Shown piece by piece: positions 56,801-64,000 of a stretch of DNA of 64,000 bases (position 1 is its first letter; the number at the start of each line of letters is the position of its first letter). The notes under the pieces are model-generated. The model saw only the letters and a list, made by a program, of their open reading frames with translations, had not been told where the DNA came from and searched no databases. The position numbers and the translations under genes are program-made. Source of the DNA: an archaeon (GTDB lineage: Archaea > EX4484-52 > WAPT01). The DNA is taken from the NCBI GenBank assembly GCA_029258795.1, contig JAPDKB010000007.1, positions 55,070-119,069 of the forward strand. Reading direction: 5' to 3'.

Positions 56801-56877
56801 TGGATCCTAAAAAACGTTATGAATTAGAAACAAAGATCGTAGAAATGATAATAGACGAAGTTAGGAGATCGCTATGA
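53824..56877 (+). CDS. hsdR: Type I restriction enzyme endonuclease/helicase subunit HsdR
   Basis: N-terminal nuclease region (RPDILLFVNGIPLVLIEGK), Walker A WQGSGKTYTM, DEAH box LIDEAHRSQ, motif VI QATARVNR. Confidence 0.93.
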   Translation: MSLEKAYLDEFCKKLEEIGWKELKPQSLDNHLIKEIFEKKVEELNKDVLDAYAEQKDKIMNQVYLTIQNADEVKMLDILRFGADIVIKKWNSLIPLNIKLIDYENVRRNKFNYIREQEIKHGNNVDRPDILLFVNGIPLVLIEGKSPIMQSFGEPYYEGLKQIMRYQKEIRSLFKFVQFGVVAADRNPYIPTFPREEIKSPAGYGFWKVNRKESIFDLLKPDRLLDVIRHFIFFTRDKKGERTKIIARYMQYFATKRAMERISKYLENKDNKNQGLIWHWQGSGKTYTMFFIAYQFLLRYNKRNPLVFFVIDRIELEKQLEDVFKSIEHKRVGDVKRIEKIEELKEVIKNADREWGLKITTIQKFQPRELDIKEKVEKKEVLFLIDEAHRSQYGDLAATMRKIFSKAIFIGFTGTPVFVNERNTFKHFAYPPDEIYLDVYFIQQSQEDGFTLPIIFRVIEEKKEKIGGIDILLSEDDIRAILEAYKEDEMEVDSILEGEIARKLKKQLRSKIRKTRIILENEKRIEKVVEYIKENIREDTENFTFKAMIVAANRTACVRYKKIMDKHFPEEFSEVVMSYQQNEKEEIHTFKEKFLKRYNTRDWNEANEKVRENFLKKEYPKVLIVTDMLLTGFDAPILKVMYLDKPIFYHRLLQATARVNRPYPELNKKHGLIVDSVGLLAHIQRTLNIYQYLAEENSEKIREDLKNAFKDSEKELEILKQKIDYLKTKLKDYGIDLEMIAKCLKNNDLSFYEDLKEKISGPNGMAMYFTEKEDVRKMMRFVKEALEIYKSLGAYPKKLDYKWEKDALFVIYNMFLKTVNKGRKKVVGEVWDKLIEQIHRSTVVEELIDKVEKEVKAVKPIKPQIKEAAVTFYEIRNVVMDRLHNPLYREIYERLERLRKMWLERNIGVEEFIKELEKEREEVEKLEKLEQKPGWEKIYKMTSEYLQKNLGERLEIPELKNKLKDIFERNRFLEVDEKEIRLIVAKALLRHKMDPKKRYELETKIVEMIIDEVRRSL

Positions 56878-57158
56878 GGAACCTGAAAGATTTAGTCGAG
56901 GAAATTAAAAAGGAACTTGGAATTGAAGAAAAAGTAAAGATCGAACTTAAGAATTATAAGCGGTTGATAGCCTCTACGTCCCTTGAGAAAAACATTATAA
57001 GAATAAACAGAAAGATATTGGACAAAGATTTCGTGGAGAAAAAGCTAGGATATGAAAATCATGAAGAATTCGTGATGAAAGTGCTGAAACACGAACTAAT
57101 GCACATAAAACTAAAAACACGATGGCACGTTCCGCAATATTTTGAAAAATTGATGTAA
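56874..57158 (+). CDS. Mini DUF45/YgjP-like zinc metallopeptidase (94 aa)
   Basis: ATGA overlap with hsdR. ...IASTSLEKNIIRINRKIL...VLKHELMHIKLKTRWH..YF matches the C-terminal core of DUF45 (HExxH), a family commonly linked to hsdR. It is much shorter than the usual ~230 aa. Confidence 0.6.
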   Translation: MRNLKDLVEEIKKELGIEEKVKIELKNYKRLIASTSLEKNIIRINRKILDKDFVEKKLGYENHEEFVMKVLKHELMHIKLKTRWHVPQYFEKLM

Positions 57159-57345
57159 CGGCAGATTCTTTGGCGAGGAACTCTTTGTGTCCGCCATTTA
57201 TAAATGTTTTTCCACTTGGGCAAAAACTGCTTGCAATTTGTTTCCACTTGGAAAAGAACTGCAGGTAGTTTTTGACCAGATGGAAAGAAATATTAGATCC
57301 TGCTGAACGTAACATCCCGTGCGGAATTAATATCAAAAACAAAAC

Positions 57346-57381
57346 GTTAGATTTAAATAACAATTGTTACAAAAATCTAAC
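57346..57381. promoter_or_regulatory. Inverted repeat (9-bp arms) enclosing a 12-nt palindrome, immediately upstream of the MNT gene (candidate TA operator)
   Basis: GTTAGATTT (57346-54) ... TAACAATTGTTA (57358-69) ... AAATCTAAC (57373-81). The ATG is at 57384. Confidence 0.35.
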
Positions 57382-57383
57382 AT

Positions 57384-57917
57384 ATGTTAGAAAAATGTGA
57401 CGAGTTTAAATTGATGGAGTTGTTCTTCAGGAAGCCACTGTACAGATATCACTTTCGTGAGTTATGCAGGTTGCTGGGCTGGAGCCCCTCCAAGCTCAGG
57501 AGCAAAATAAACATCTTGAAAAGGATGGGTCTCGTGAAAGAAATGAAAGAAAAAAACATGAAAATATTCATTGCCAACACGGAAAATGAAAACTACAGGA
57601 GATACAAAATCGTTTACAATCTTCTAAATGCTTACAAAATTGCGGATTATCTCGAAAAAAACCTGGAATACTTCGATGTCATTATCCTTTTTGGCTCAGC
57701 GGCTGATGGAGAGGATACTGAAACCAGCGATTTCGATATATGCATTATGGGCAGTAAAGAAACACCTCTAAATCTCGAAACCCTCGAAAAAAAGCTCGGA
57801 AGAAAGATCTCGTTGCTTTTCATTGAAAACATAAATATGTTGCAGAAAAGAAACCCCGAACTTTTAAACAATATTCTGAACGGCTTTGTTATTAAGGGTT
57901 ATCTGAAGGTGTTCTGA
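57384..57917 (+). CDS. Minimal nucleotidyltransferase (MNT) with an N-terminal wHTH
   Basis: ILFGSAADGEDTETSDFDICI matches the GSxxxGxxxxxSDxD NTase motif. wHTH: LCRLLGWSPSKLRSKINILKRMGLV. Confidence 0.8.
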   Translation: MLEKCDEFKLMELFFRKPLYRYHFRELCRLLGWSPSKLRSKINILKRMGLVKEMKEKNMKIFIANTENENYRRYKIVYNLLNAYKIADYLEKNLEYFDVIILFGSAADGEDTETSDFDICIMGSKETPLNLETLEKKLGRKISLLFIENINMLQKRNPELLNNILNGFVIKGYLKVF

Positions 57918-58186
57918 TGCAATGGGATGAGTGTATGAAAAAGAATTTGGTAAAAATGAAAAGAAAAGATCCAGAACTGGCGAGATCATTGCTAAAAATC
58001 GCAATAGAAAGGGTTAAATTCTTTTCATCCAGAGATGTGTCTGTGTTCATGCTGGAAGGTATCTATGAAGCCATACTCGAAGTTTGTCATGCATTTCTGG
58101 CTCTGGAAAAATATATTTCCAAAGAGCTGGAAATTTTCGAAATTCTGAAGAATGAGCTTGAAAAGCGCCTGAAAATTCAATCCTAA
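57917..58186 (+). CDS. Short HEPN-like partner of the MNT, apparently lacking the Rx4-6H motif (possibly truncated)
   Basis: 1-nt overlap with the MNT stop. 89 aa, helical (ARSLLKIAIERVKFF...YEAILEVCHAFLALE). It ends where the catalytic helix would be expected. The smc stop follows 18 nt later. Confidence 0.5.
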   Translation: MQWDECMKKNLVKMKRKDPELARSLLKIAIERVKFFSSRDVSVFMLEGIYEAILEVCHAFLALEKYISKELEIFEILKNELEKRLKIQS

Positions 58187-58203
58187 ACTTAAGATAGAAA
58201 CAC

Positions 58204-60765
58204 TCACCCTGCCTCCACCCCAGCCTTGCTTCTTGCTGTAATCTTCCTGTCCAGCACGAGCTTGCCGTTCTCGTCAAACTTCACGCCAAAGACTCTCGAG
58301 ATTCCGCCTTCCATCACCACGCCGTATATGCGAGATGCCTTTTTAACCGTTATGTCGTTGTGAGAAATAACTATGAACTGCGAACTCTTGGAATACATGT
58401 TGATCAGATCGCCGAGCTTTTCAGAATTCACAGGATCCAAAGCTGCATCTATCTCATCCAGAGCATAGAACGGATACGGCTTGTACTGCTGCACAGCGAA
58501 CAGAAAAGCTATGGCAACCATCGTTTTTTCTCCGCCGGACAAAGCGTCAATGCTCGTGATCTTCTTGTTTTTCGGCCTCACGTTTATCAGCAAACCGCTT
58601 TCTATGTCATCTTCCCTCTCAAGCTTCAGCTCCACACTTCCACCGATCAGCTCATCAAAAACCTCGTTGAACTTTTCATTCAGACCTCTCAGCGTGTCCA
58701 TAAAAACGCGCTTCCTCTTCTCCTCGATCTCCTCAATCATCCCGAGTATCCTGGCTTTCTCCTCCCTCAGCTTCTTAACCTTTTCAGCAAACTCCTCATA
58801 GTCTTTTCTGAACTCCTCGTAATCCTCTATAGCTTTAAGGTTGACAGGAGAGAGAGCACGTATCCTCATCTCTATGCTCCTTATCTCAGCCTGCAACTGC
58901 TGCGGGTCCTTCTGCTCCAGCCCCTCCCTGTCCTTATACTTCTCAAATTCAATCATGATGTTCTCCAGCTCTCCCTCCAGCCTCGCCTTCCTTATCTTCA
59001 GCTGGTTAACCTCCGCTTCCAGCCGCAACCTCTGCTCCACCTTGAACCTTCTTTCTTCCTTCAGCTTGGCAAGTTTCTCCATCAACTCCTTCTTCTTCTC
59101 TTCCAGCTTTTTGACCTCCTGATTCTCCTCCTTCTCGCTCCTTCTCTTCTCCTCAAGCAGAGAACTCAAGTCCTTTATCTCCTGCTCCAGCTCCTCCATC
59201 TCCTTATCTATTTCAGCAAGCCTTCTCTCATACTCCTTGATCTTGGCCATTTCAACTGCCTGAAGCTTCTTCTTAGCTTCCTTTATGTGCCCGCCAATTA
59301 TCGCTCCAGACGGTTCGAAAAGCTCGCCCTCAAGCGTAACAACCCTGACCCCTCTTGTCCTTCTCGCAGCTTCAATATCTTCAGCTACAAGCGTATCTCT
59401 GAACACGTACCTGAAGGCCTTCTCGTATTTCTTGTCGAATTCCACCAGATTGATTGCAAAATCCACTATACCCGGCATCTTTGCAGCTTGCTCTGCCTTG
59501 CCGGAAATCGGATGCTCTTCCAGCCTGTCAAGAGGTAAGAACCTCAACCTTCCAAGCTTTTCTCTCTTCAGATAATTTATGGCTTGAATGGCTACATCTT
59601 CGCTTTCAACAACCACATCATCGAGATGATTTCCTGCTGCAACCTCTATAGCTGTGCGGAACTTCTCGTCAACCTTCATGAGCTGTGCTATAGTGCCAAT
59701 GACACCATCCATGCCAAGAGCAAGCAGCTGGCTCAATGCTCTGTTTCCGGCATCGATAGCTGAGCTTACCCTTTTGAGATGAGCAATCATCTCTTCAACA
59801 TTCTTCCTCTCTCGCTTAAGTGCTTCAAGCTTCGCATGCCTCTTGTTTATCTTCATCACAAGTTCCTCTATCTCCCTCCTAAGCTCCGCATTCACACTCT
59901 TCTCTATTATCTCCTGGTTCAGCTTTTCAATTTCCTTCTCAATCCTCTCTATCTCCTCATCACTCTCTCCTGCCTTGGAGCTTATGGCTTCAAGCTCCTT
60001 CTCCTTGACCTCAAGGTTTCTTTTCACACTCTCCAGCATGGACTCAACCGCTTTAAGGCGGGAATAAGCAAGGTTTGCCTTCAGCATGTCAAGCCTTTCC
60101 TCCAGCTTTCTGTATTCAATGGCAGCATCCCTCTCCTTCTTCAGCTTCTCCACAATCTTCGTCTTCTCTTCCAGAATTATCTCCGCTTCCGCAAGCTTTC
60201 TCTCGGCTTTTTCCAGCTCCTTCAATGCCTTCTCCTTCTTCTCGTTGTACTCCCTTATACCGGCAATGTCATCGATTATCTCCCTCCTCTCCTTCGGCCT
60301 CATCTCAAGCAATCTTGTAATATCCCCCTGCTGGATTATGTTGAATGACTCCGCATCTATACCTATGCTTCTCAGCACCTCAACCAGCTTTCTCCTTGTC
60401 ACCGTCTTGCCGTTTATTTTGAAAACGGATTTCCCGCTCCTGTCAACCTTTCTGGAGATCACAAGAACATCATCCTCAACATCCTCCACAACTTTTCCGG
60501 AATTATCCAGATGAAGCTCAACAACCGCATAATCTGCTGGCTTCCTGCCGTTACCTCCGTTGAAAATGACCTGAGCAAGCCTCTCGGCTCTTATGTTGGA
60601 AGACCTTGAACCGAGAACGAACACCAACCCATCGATTATGTTGGACTTGCCCGAACCGTTTGGACCTATGATCGCGTTGAACTCCTTCTCCAGCGGTATC
60701 TCTACCCTGCCAGCGAAGGACTTGAAGTTCTCGAAAACTATGCGCTTTATGTGGGTGGTGCTCAT
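58204..60765 (-). CDS. smc: SMC chromosome segregation ATPase with unusually short coiled-coil arms (853 aa)
   Basis: Walker A GPNGSGKSN. Hinge from about aa 350 (GVIGTIAQLMKVDEKFRTAIEVAAGNHL...RFLPLD). Signature LSGGEKTMVAIAFLFA. Walker B FYALDEIDAALD. Confidence 0.9.
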   Translation of the reverse strand: MSTTHIKRIVFENFKSFAGRVEIPLEKEFNAIIGPNGSGKSNIIDGLVFVLGSRSSNIRAERLAQVIFNGGNGRKPADYAVVELHLDNSGKVVEDVEDDVLVISRKVDRSGKSVFKINGKTVTRRKLVEVLRSIGIDAESFNIIQQGDITRLLEMRPKERREIIDDIAGIREYNEKKEKALKELEKAERKLAEAEIILEEKTKIVEKLKKERDAAIEYRKLEERLDMLKANLAYSRLKAVESMLESVKRNLEVKEKELEAISSKAGESDEEIERIEKEIEKLNQEIIEKSVNAELRREIEELVMKINKRHAKLEALKRERKNVEEMIAHLKRVSSAIDAGNRALSQLLALGMDGVIGTIAQLMKVDEKFRTAIEVAAGNHLDDVVVESEDVAIQAINYLKREKLGRLRFLPLDRLEEHPISGKAEQAAKMPGIVDFAINLVEFDKKYEKAFRYVFRDTLVAEDIEAARRTRGVRVVTLEGELFEPSGAIIGGHIKEAKKKLQAVEMAKIKEYERRLAEIDKEMEELEQEIKDLSSLLEEKRRSEKEENQEVKKLEEKKKELMEKLAKLKEERRFKVEQRLRLEAEVNQLKIRKARLEGELENIMIEFEKYKDREGLEQKDPQQLQAEIRSIEMRIRALSPVNLKAIEDYEEFRKDYEEFAEKVKKLREEKARILGMIEEIEEKRKRVFMDTLRGLNEKFNEVFDELIGGSVELKLEREDDIESGLLINVRPKNKKITSIDALSGGEKTMVAIAFLFAVQQYKPYPFYALDEIDAALDPVNSEKLGDLINMYSKSSQFIVISHNDITVKKASRIYGVVMEGGISRVFGVKFDENGKLVLDRKITARSKAGVEAG

Positions 60766-60814
60766 ACAGTTTAATTTTGATGCAGAAGGTGTATAAATTA
60801 TTTTTTGAGGAGAT

Positions 60815-61693
60815 TCACAACCTCAAATTCTCCTGATCAACCAGCCATGCTCCAAGAATTATCAGAAGCAAGCCGATAATGGGTGCCGGTATTATTGGCT
60901 CGTGGATGATGAAGTAGATGAAGATAAGCGAGACAAACGGCGTTAAAAACACAATGGATGCCGGTCTTGCCACCTCTCCCAGCTCTATGGCTTTAAACCA
61001 CAAAAATGTTGCGATTCCATCGGTAAAGGCGCCTATCCACCCCACCCCAAAAAGCTCTAGCATGCTCAACTTTCTGATATGGATGAAGGGTGAGAATGTT
61101 AAAAGCGCGAGCAAGCATGCGAAAAGATAATAGTGGAAGGTGGCGACGAGCTTGTCGTACTTGAGCTTTTTGCCGAGAGCGAAAAACAGACCTGTGGTGA
61201 AAGCAGCAAGCACAGCAATAACATCTGCAAGCGGGTTGAAGGTGAGCATACCACCATTCCCTCCCAGAATTATTACCATAGCCCCTCCAAATCCGAGTGA
61301 GACTCCCGCGAGCTTGGTTTTTGTTAGCTTTTCATTGAGGAGGAAGCTTGCAAACAAGACAAGCGCCACAGGCCACAGGTAATTCAGAATGAAAACTTCC
61401 TGCGCACTTCCAATGTCCAGCGCTGCAAAAAAGAGGAAATAGTACATATAACAGCCCAAAAATCCCATAAATGCAAAAGTACCGTAATCTTTCAGGGTGT
61501 ATCCTTTCAATGCTCCCAACCCTTTGTCCAGAGCAATGGCAATTAACAGTGCAAGAACAGAAAAAGGAAAGCTATAAAACAAAAGCTCAAAGCTGTTCAT
61601 GTTTTGGAGAGTGATCTTGCCCACAGCCGGCGTGGTGGCCCATAAAAACACCACTGCCAAAGCAAGCATTATTTGTAGTTTGCTGCGATGCAT
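60815..61693 (-). CDS. EamA/DMT-family transporter (10 TM)
   Basis: 292 aa with two EamA-like halves and hydrophobic throughout. Confidence 0.85.
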   Translation of the reverse strand: MHRSKLQIMLALAVVFLWATTPAVGKITLQNMNSFELLFYSFPFSVLALLIAIALDKGLGALKGYTLKDYGTFAFMGFLGCYMYYFLFFAALDIGSAQEVFILNYLWPVALVLFASFLLNEKLTKTKLAGVSLGFGGAMVIILGGNGGMLTFNPLADVIAVLAAFTTGLFFALGKKLKYDKLVATFHYYLFACLLALLTFSPFIHIRKLSMLELFGVGWIGAFTDGIATFLWFKAIELGEVARPASIVFLTPFVSLIFIYFIIHEPIIPAPIIGLLLIILGAWLVDQENLRL

Positions 61694-61765
61694 AAAGGGT
61701 TAATTACTCGCTTGAGGCATATAAATGTTCCTCAAAAAGTAAAGTAAGAAAGGGAAAATACAGAA

Positions 61766-63964
61766 TCACTCCTCCTCGATCCTCGGCATTTCCAGCTTCA
61801 TTCCCTTCCTCTTCCTGATGTCCATGATGTATTTTTCCTGCAGCTCATCGGGCACCTTCTCATAGATGATGTCAACCAGCGACTGGAATCCTCTTCCTCC
61901 AGTTGCTGACTTAAGCGCTGCTTCAAATCCGCTTATCTCCGCAACTGGCAGCTTGACCTTCAGTATTGTCATTCCGCTTTCTTCATTCATCTCCAAAATC
62001 TGTCCTCTTCTGTTCTGCACTTCCTTGATGACATTACCTACGGTTTCTGATGGCGCGTCTATACGGAGAATCTGTTTCGGCTCGAGCAGCATCGCTCCAG
62101 CATCAAGCATCGCATTCCTTATAGCTTGCTTAACCGCTGGATAGACCTGCGCTGGACCTCTGTGGATGGAGTCCTCGTGCAGCTTGGCATCCATCAGCTT
62201 GACCTTCAGGCCAAAGCACGGCTCTCCTGCAAGAGGGCCTTCATCACATATCTGGCGGAAAGCATCTATAACAAGCTCCTTAACCTCCTCTATCTGAATT
62301 ATACCTCTGGTCATGTTGAGGATGATGTTCGTGTCATATATGTCCCACACGTTCCTAGCTTCCTCCCTGTCCATGCCCAGAGCGACGAGCTTCTCCGTTA
62401 TCTCCTTCACGTCCTGTCTTCTTATCTTGGCAACCTCAAGCTCCTTGCGGAACAGTGCTTCCACCACGCTCTGCTCGAGGGGCTCGACCATGATGTAGAA
62501 CTTGTTGTGCTTGTTGGGCGACTTACCCTCGAATATTCTGGATTGCTTCCTTACACTCTCTCTAAAGATGACGATCGGTGGTGAAACAATGATATCTATG
62601 CCCTTATCCTTCAGGAACCTCTCCACCTTGGCTTCTATGTGCAGTTCTCCAAGTCCGGAAACAAGCGTCTCGCCAGTATCCTCTGAAATCTGTACTCTCA
62701 GTGTTGGATCCTCCCTTGCGCGCTGTCTCAAAAGCTCTATCATCTTCGGCAGATTTTTGACATCCTTGACTTCAATGGATTTGGTCACGACAGGCTCGAA
62801 TATGTGCTTTATCTCTTCAAACGGCGCAACTTTCATTCCCGGATCGCACACTGTTTCTCCGGCAAAAGCATCCAGCAGACCGGTCACAGCAATTATGTTT
62901 CCTGCGGGAATTTCAGGCACAGCAAACCTTCTCGGTCCGAGGAAGAGTGCAACCTGCTGCACCCTCTCCTTCTTGTCCTGTGTTACCAGATACACCTCCT
63001 GCCCCTCTTTTATCGTACCGCTGAATATACGCATGGTTGTAACTGTGCCGGCATGAGGATCAGAAGCCACGTTCGTGACGACTCCAACAAGCGGGCCGTT
63101 GCTGTCACACTCAACCATTGATTTACCTTCAGGCGTGTCAAGGTCTCCAGTCCATATAGTCGCTATTCTGTACTTCTGAGCTTCCTTGGGGGAGGGTAAG
63201 TGTCTCACCACCATATCCAGCAATACCTGATGCACCTTTGCTTTCTTTGCAAGCTCGTCCTCCTTTCCGGCATTCGTAAGCTCAATTATGTCCTTGAATG
63301 TTATGCCCGTCTTCTGCATGAACGGGAAGGATATGGCCCATCTTCTGTAAGCCGAACCGAAGGCCACCTTGCCGGACTGCACGTCAACAAGCCACTTCTC
63401 CTTGTATTCATCAGGAGCGTACTTTCTTATCAGGTTGTTAACATCGTTTATGTGCTTCATCAATCTCTGCTGCATCTCTTCCGGAGAGAGCTTCAGCTCC
63501 TTGATCAAACGATCAACCTTATTGATGAAGAGCACGGGCTTGACCTTTTCCTTGAGCGCCTGCCTCAACACGGTTTCTGTTTGAGGCATCACGCCCTCAA
63601 CAGCACAGACAAGAACTATAACTCCATCAACTGCTCGCATGGCTCTTGTAACATCTCCACCAAAGTCAACGTGTCCGGGGGTATCTATCAGGTTTATCAA
63701 ATATTTTTCTCCACCATACTCGTGAATCATGGAAGCGTTAGCTGAATAGATGGTTATACCTCTCTCCTGCTCCTGCTTGTCGAAGTCCATGAAAAGCTGG
63801 CTTCCCGCAAGCTCCTCAGAAAGCATGCCCGCTCCTGCAAGCAGGTGATCGGAAAGAGTGGTCTTACCGTGATCTATGTGGGCAGCGATACCTATGTTTC
63901 TTATCTTGGTTGGATCCTTCGATATCTTCTTAATTTCATTTATCATGTCCTCAACCTTACCCAT
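61766..63964 (-). CDS. fusA: Translation elongation factor 2 (aEF-2)
   Basis: G1 AHIDHGKTT, DTPGHVDF, NKVD. Diphthamide-site region HEDSIHRGPAQ. GGTGAGGTG precedes the ATG. Confidence 0.96.
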   Translation of the reverse strand: MGKVEDMINEIKKISKDPTKIRNIGIAAHIDHGKTTLSDHLLAGAGMLSEELAGSQLFMDFDKQEQERGITIYSANASMIHEYGGEKYLINLIDTPGHVDFGGDVTRAMRAVDGVIVLVCAVEGVMPQTETVLRQALKEKVKPVLFINKVDRLIKELKLSPEEMQQRLMKHINDVNNLIRKYAPDEYKEKWLVDVQSGKVAFGSAYRRWAISFPFMQKTGITFKDIIELTNAGKEDELAKKAKVHQVLLDMVVRHLPSPKEAQKYRIATIWTGDLDTPEGKSMVECDSNGPLVGVVTNVASDPHAGTVTTMRIFSGTIKEGQEVYLVTQDKKERVQQVALFLGPRRFAVPEIPAGNIIAVTGLLDAFAGETVCDPGMKVAPFEEIKHIFEPVVTKSIEVKDVKNLPKMIELLRQRAREDPTLRVQISEDTGETLVSGLGELHIEAKVERFLKDKGIDIIVSPPIVIFRESVRKQSRIFEGKSPNKHNKFYIMVEPLEQSVVEALFRKELEVAKIRRQDVKEITEKLVALGMDREEARNVWDIYDTNIILNMTRGIIQIEEVKELVIDAFRQICDEGPLAGEPCFGLKVKLMDAKLHEDSIHRGPAQVYPAVKQAIRNAMLDAGAMLLEPKQILRIDAPSETVGNVIKEVQNRRGQILEMNEESGMTILKVKLPVAEISGFEAALKSATGGRGFQSLVDIIYEKVPDELQEKYIMDIRKRKGMKLEMPRIEEE

Positions 63965-64000
63965 AACACCTCACCACCGCTCGAAATCACTTGCAAAAGC

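Noticed and set aside
58360-59538. 392-aa ORF on the plus strand, plus several smaller ones up to 60514
   Set aside because: They are antisense to smc. The Leu/Ser/Phe-rich translations are the mirror image of a Lys/Glu-rich coiled-coil gene.
1-64000. Search for CRISPR arrays, rRNA genes, transposases and integrases
   Set aside because: Reading both strands, I found no regularly spaced direct repeats with unique spacers, no rRNA-like sequence, and no recognisable transposase or integrase ORF.
63965-64000. Possible 3' end of another minus-strand gene (…AFASDFERW*) upstream of fusA
   Set aside because: Only ~30 nt are visible. This is too short to support a feature call.

Overview
This is an archaeal chromosomal window, densely packed on both strands with about 65 genes and short intergenic regions. 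The exact lineage cannot be determined from the sequence. Small proteins and tRNA genes with introns at non-canonical positions suggest a small-genome, DPANN-like or other deep-branching archaeon.

The backbone is housekeeping:
- GluRS, a form III-type RuBisCO, SRP54 and FtsY, prefoldin alpha and beta, and GlmS.
- The classic archaeal exosome superoperon: psmA-SBDS-rrp4-rrp41-rrp42-rpl37ae-rpoP-pcc1-pfdB.
- RNase HII, CTP synthase, inositol-1-phosphate synthase, PCNA, an M50 protease, NFACT, dCTP deaminase, ScpB/ScpA, SMC and aEF-2.

Main findings:
1. A roughly 13.4 kb island (44.75-58.19 kb), visibly AT-richer by eye, sits between scpA and smc. It carries a tightly translationally coupled type I R-M operon. 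Three unknown proteins are interleaved between hsdM, hsdS and hsdR, each with a C-terminal helical domain carrying an Rx4-6H (HEPN-like) motif. One looks RnlA-like. The operon also contains a small 3-TM protein, a GC-rich 64-nt stem-loop (or a 40-aa coupled ORF) and a mini DUF45 peptidase. An MNT/short-HEPN pair, a DUF4143 ATPase and a small wHTH gene flank it. This is my best candidate for an undescribed composite defence system.
2. Both tRNA genes in the window carry T-loop introns, and tRNA-Arg also has a D-loop intron.
3. A 2056-aa surface protein has two ectodomains joined by an internal TM hairpin, CC/CCCC cysteine clusters, exact 60-nt intragenic repeats and a PGF-CTERM-like tail.
4. 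A PEP-synthase-like protein appears to lack the catalytic His and Cys.
5. A tandem pair of cytoplasmic metzincin-like paralogs is present, one with HExxH changed to HYxxH.
6. The SMC has coiled-coil arms about half the normal length.

All homology calls come from motif recognition by eye. No searches, folding or composition calculations were run.
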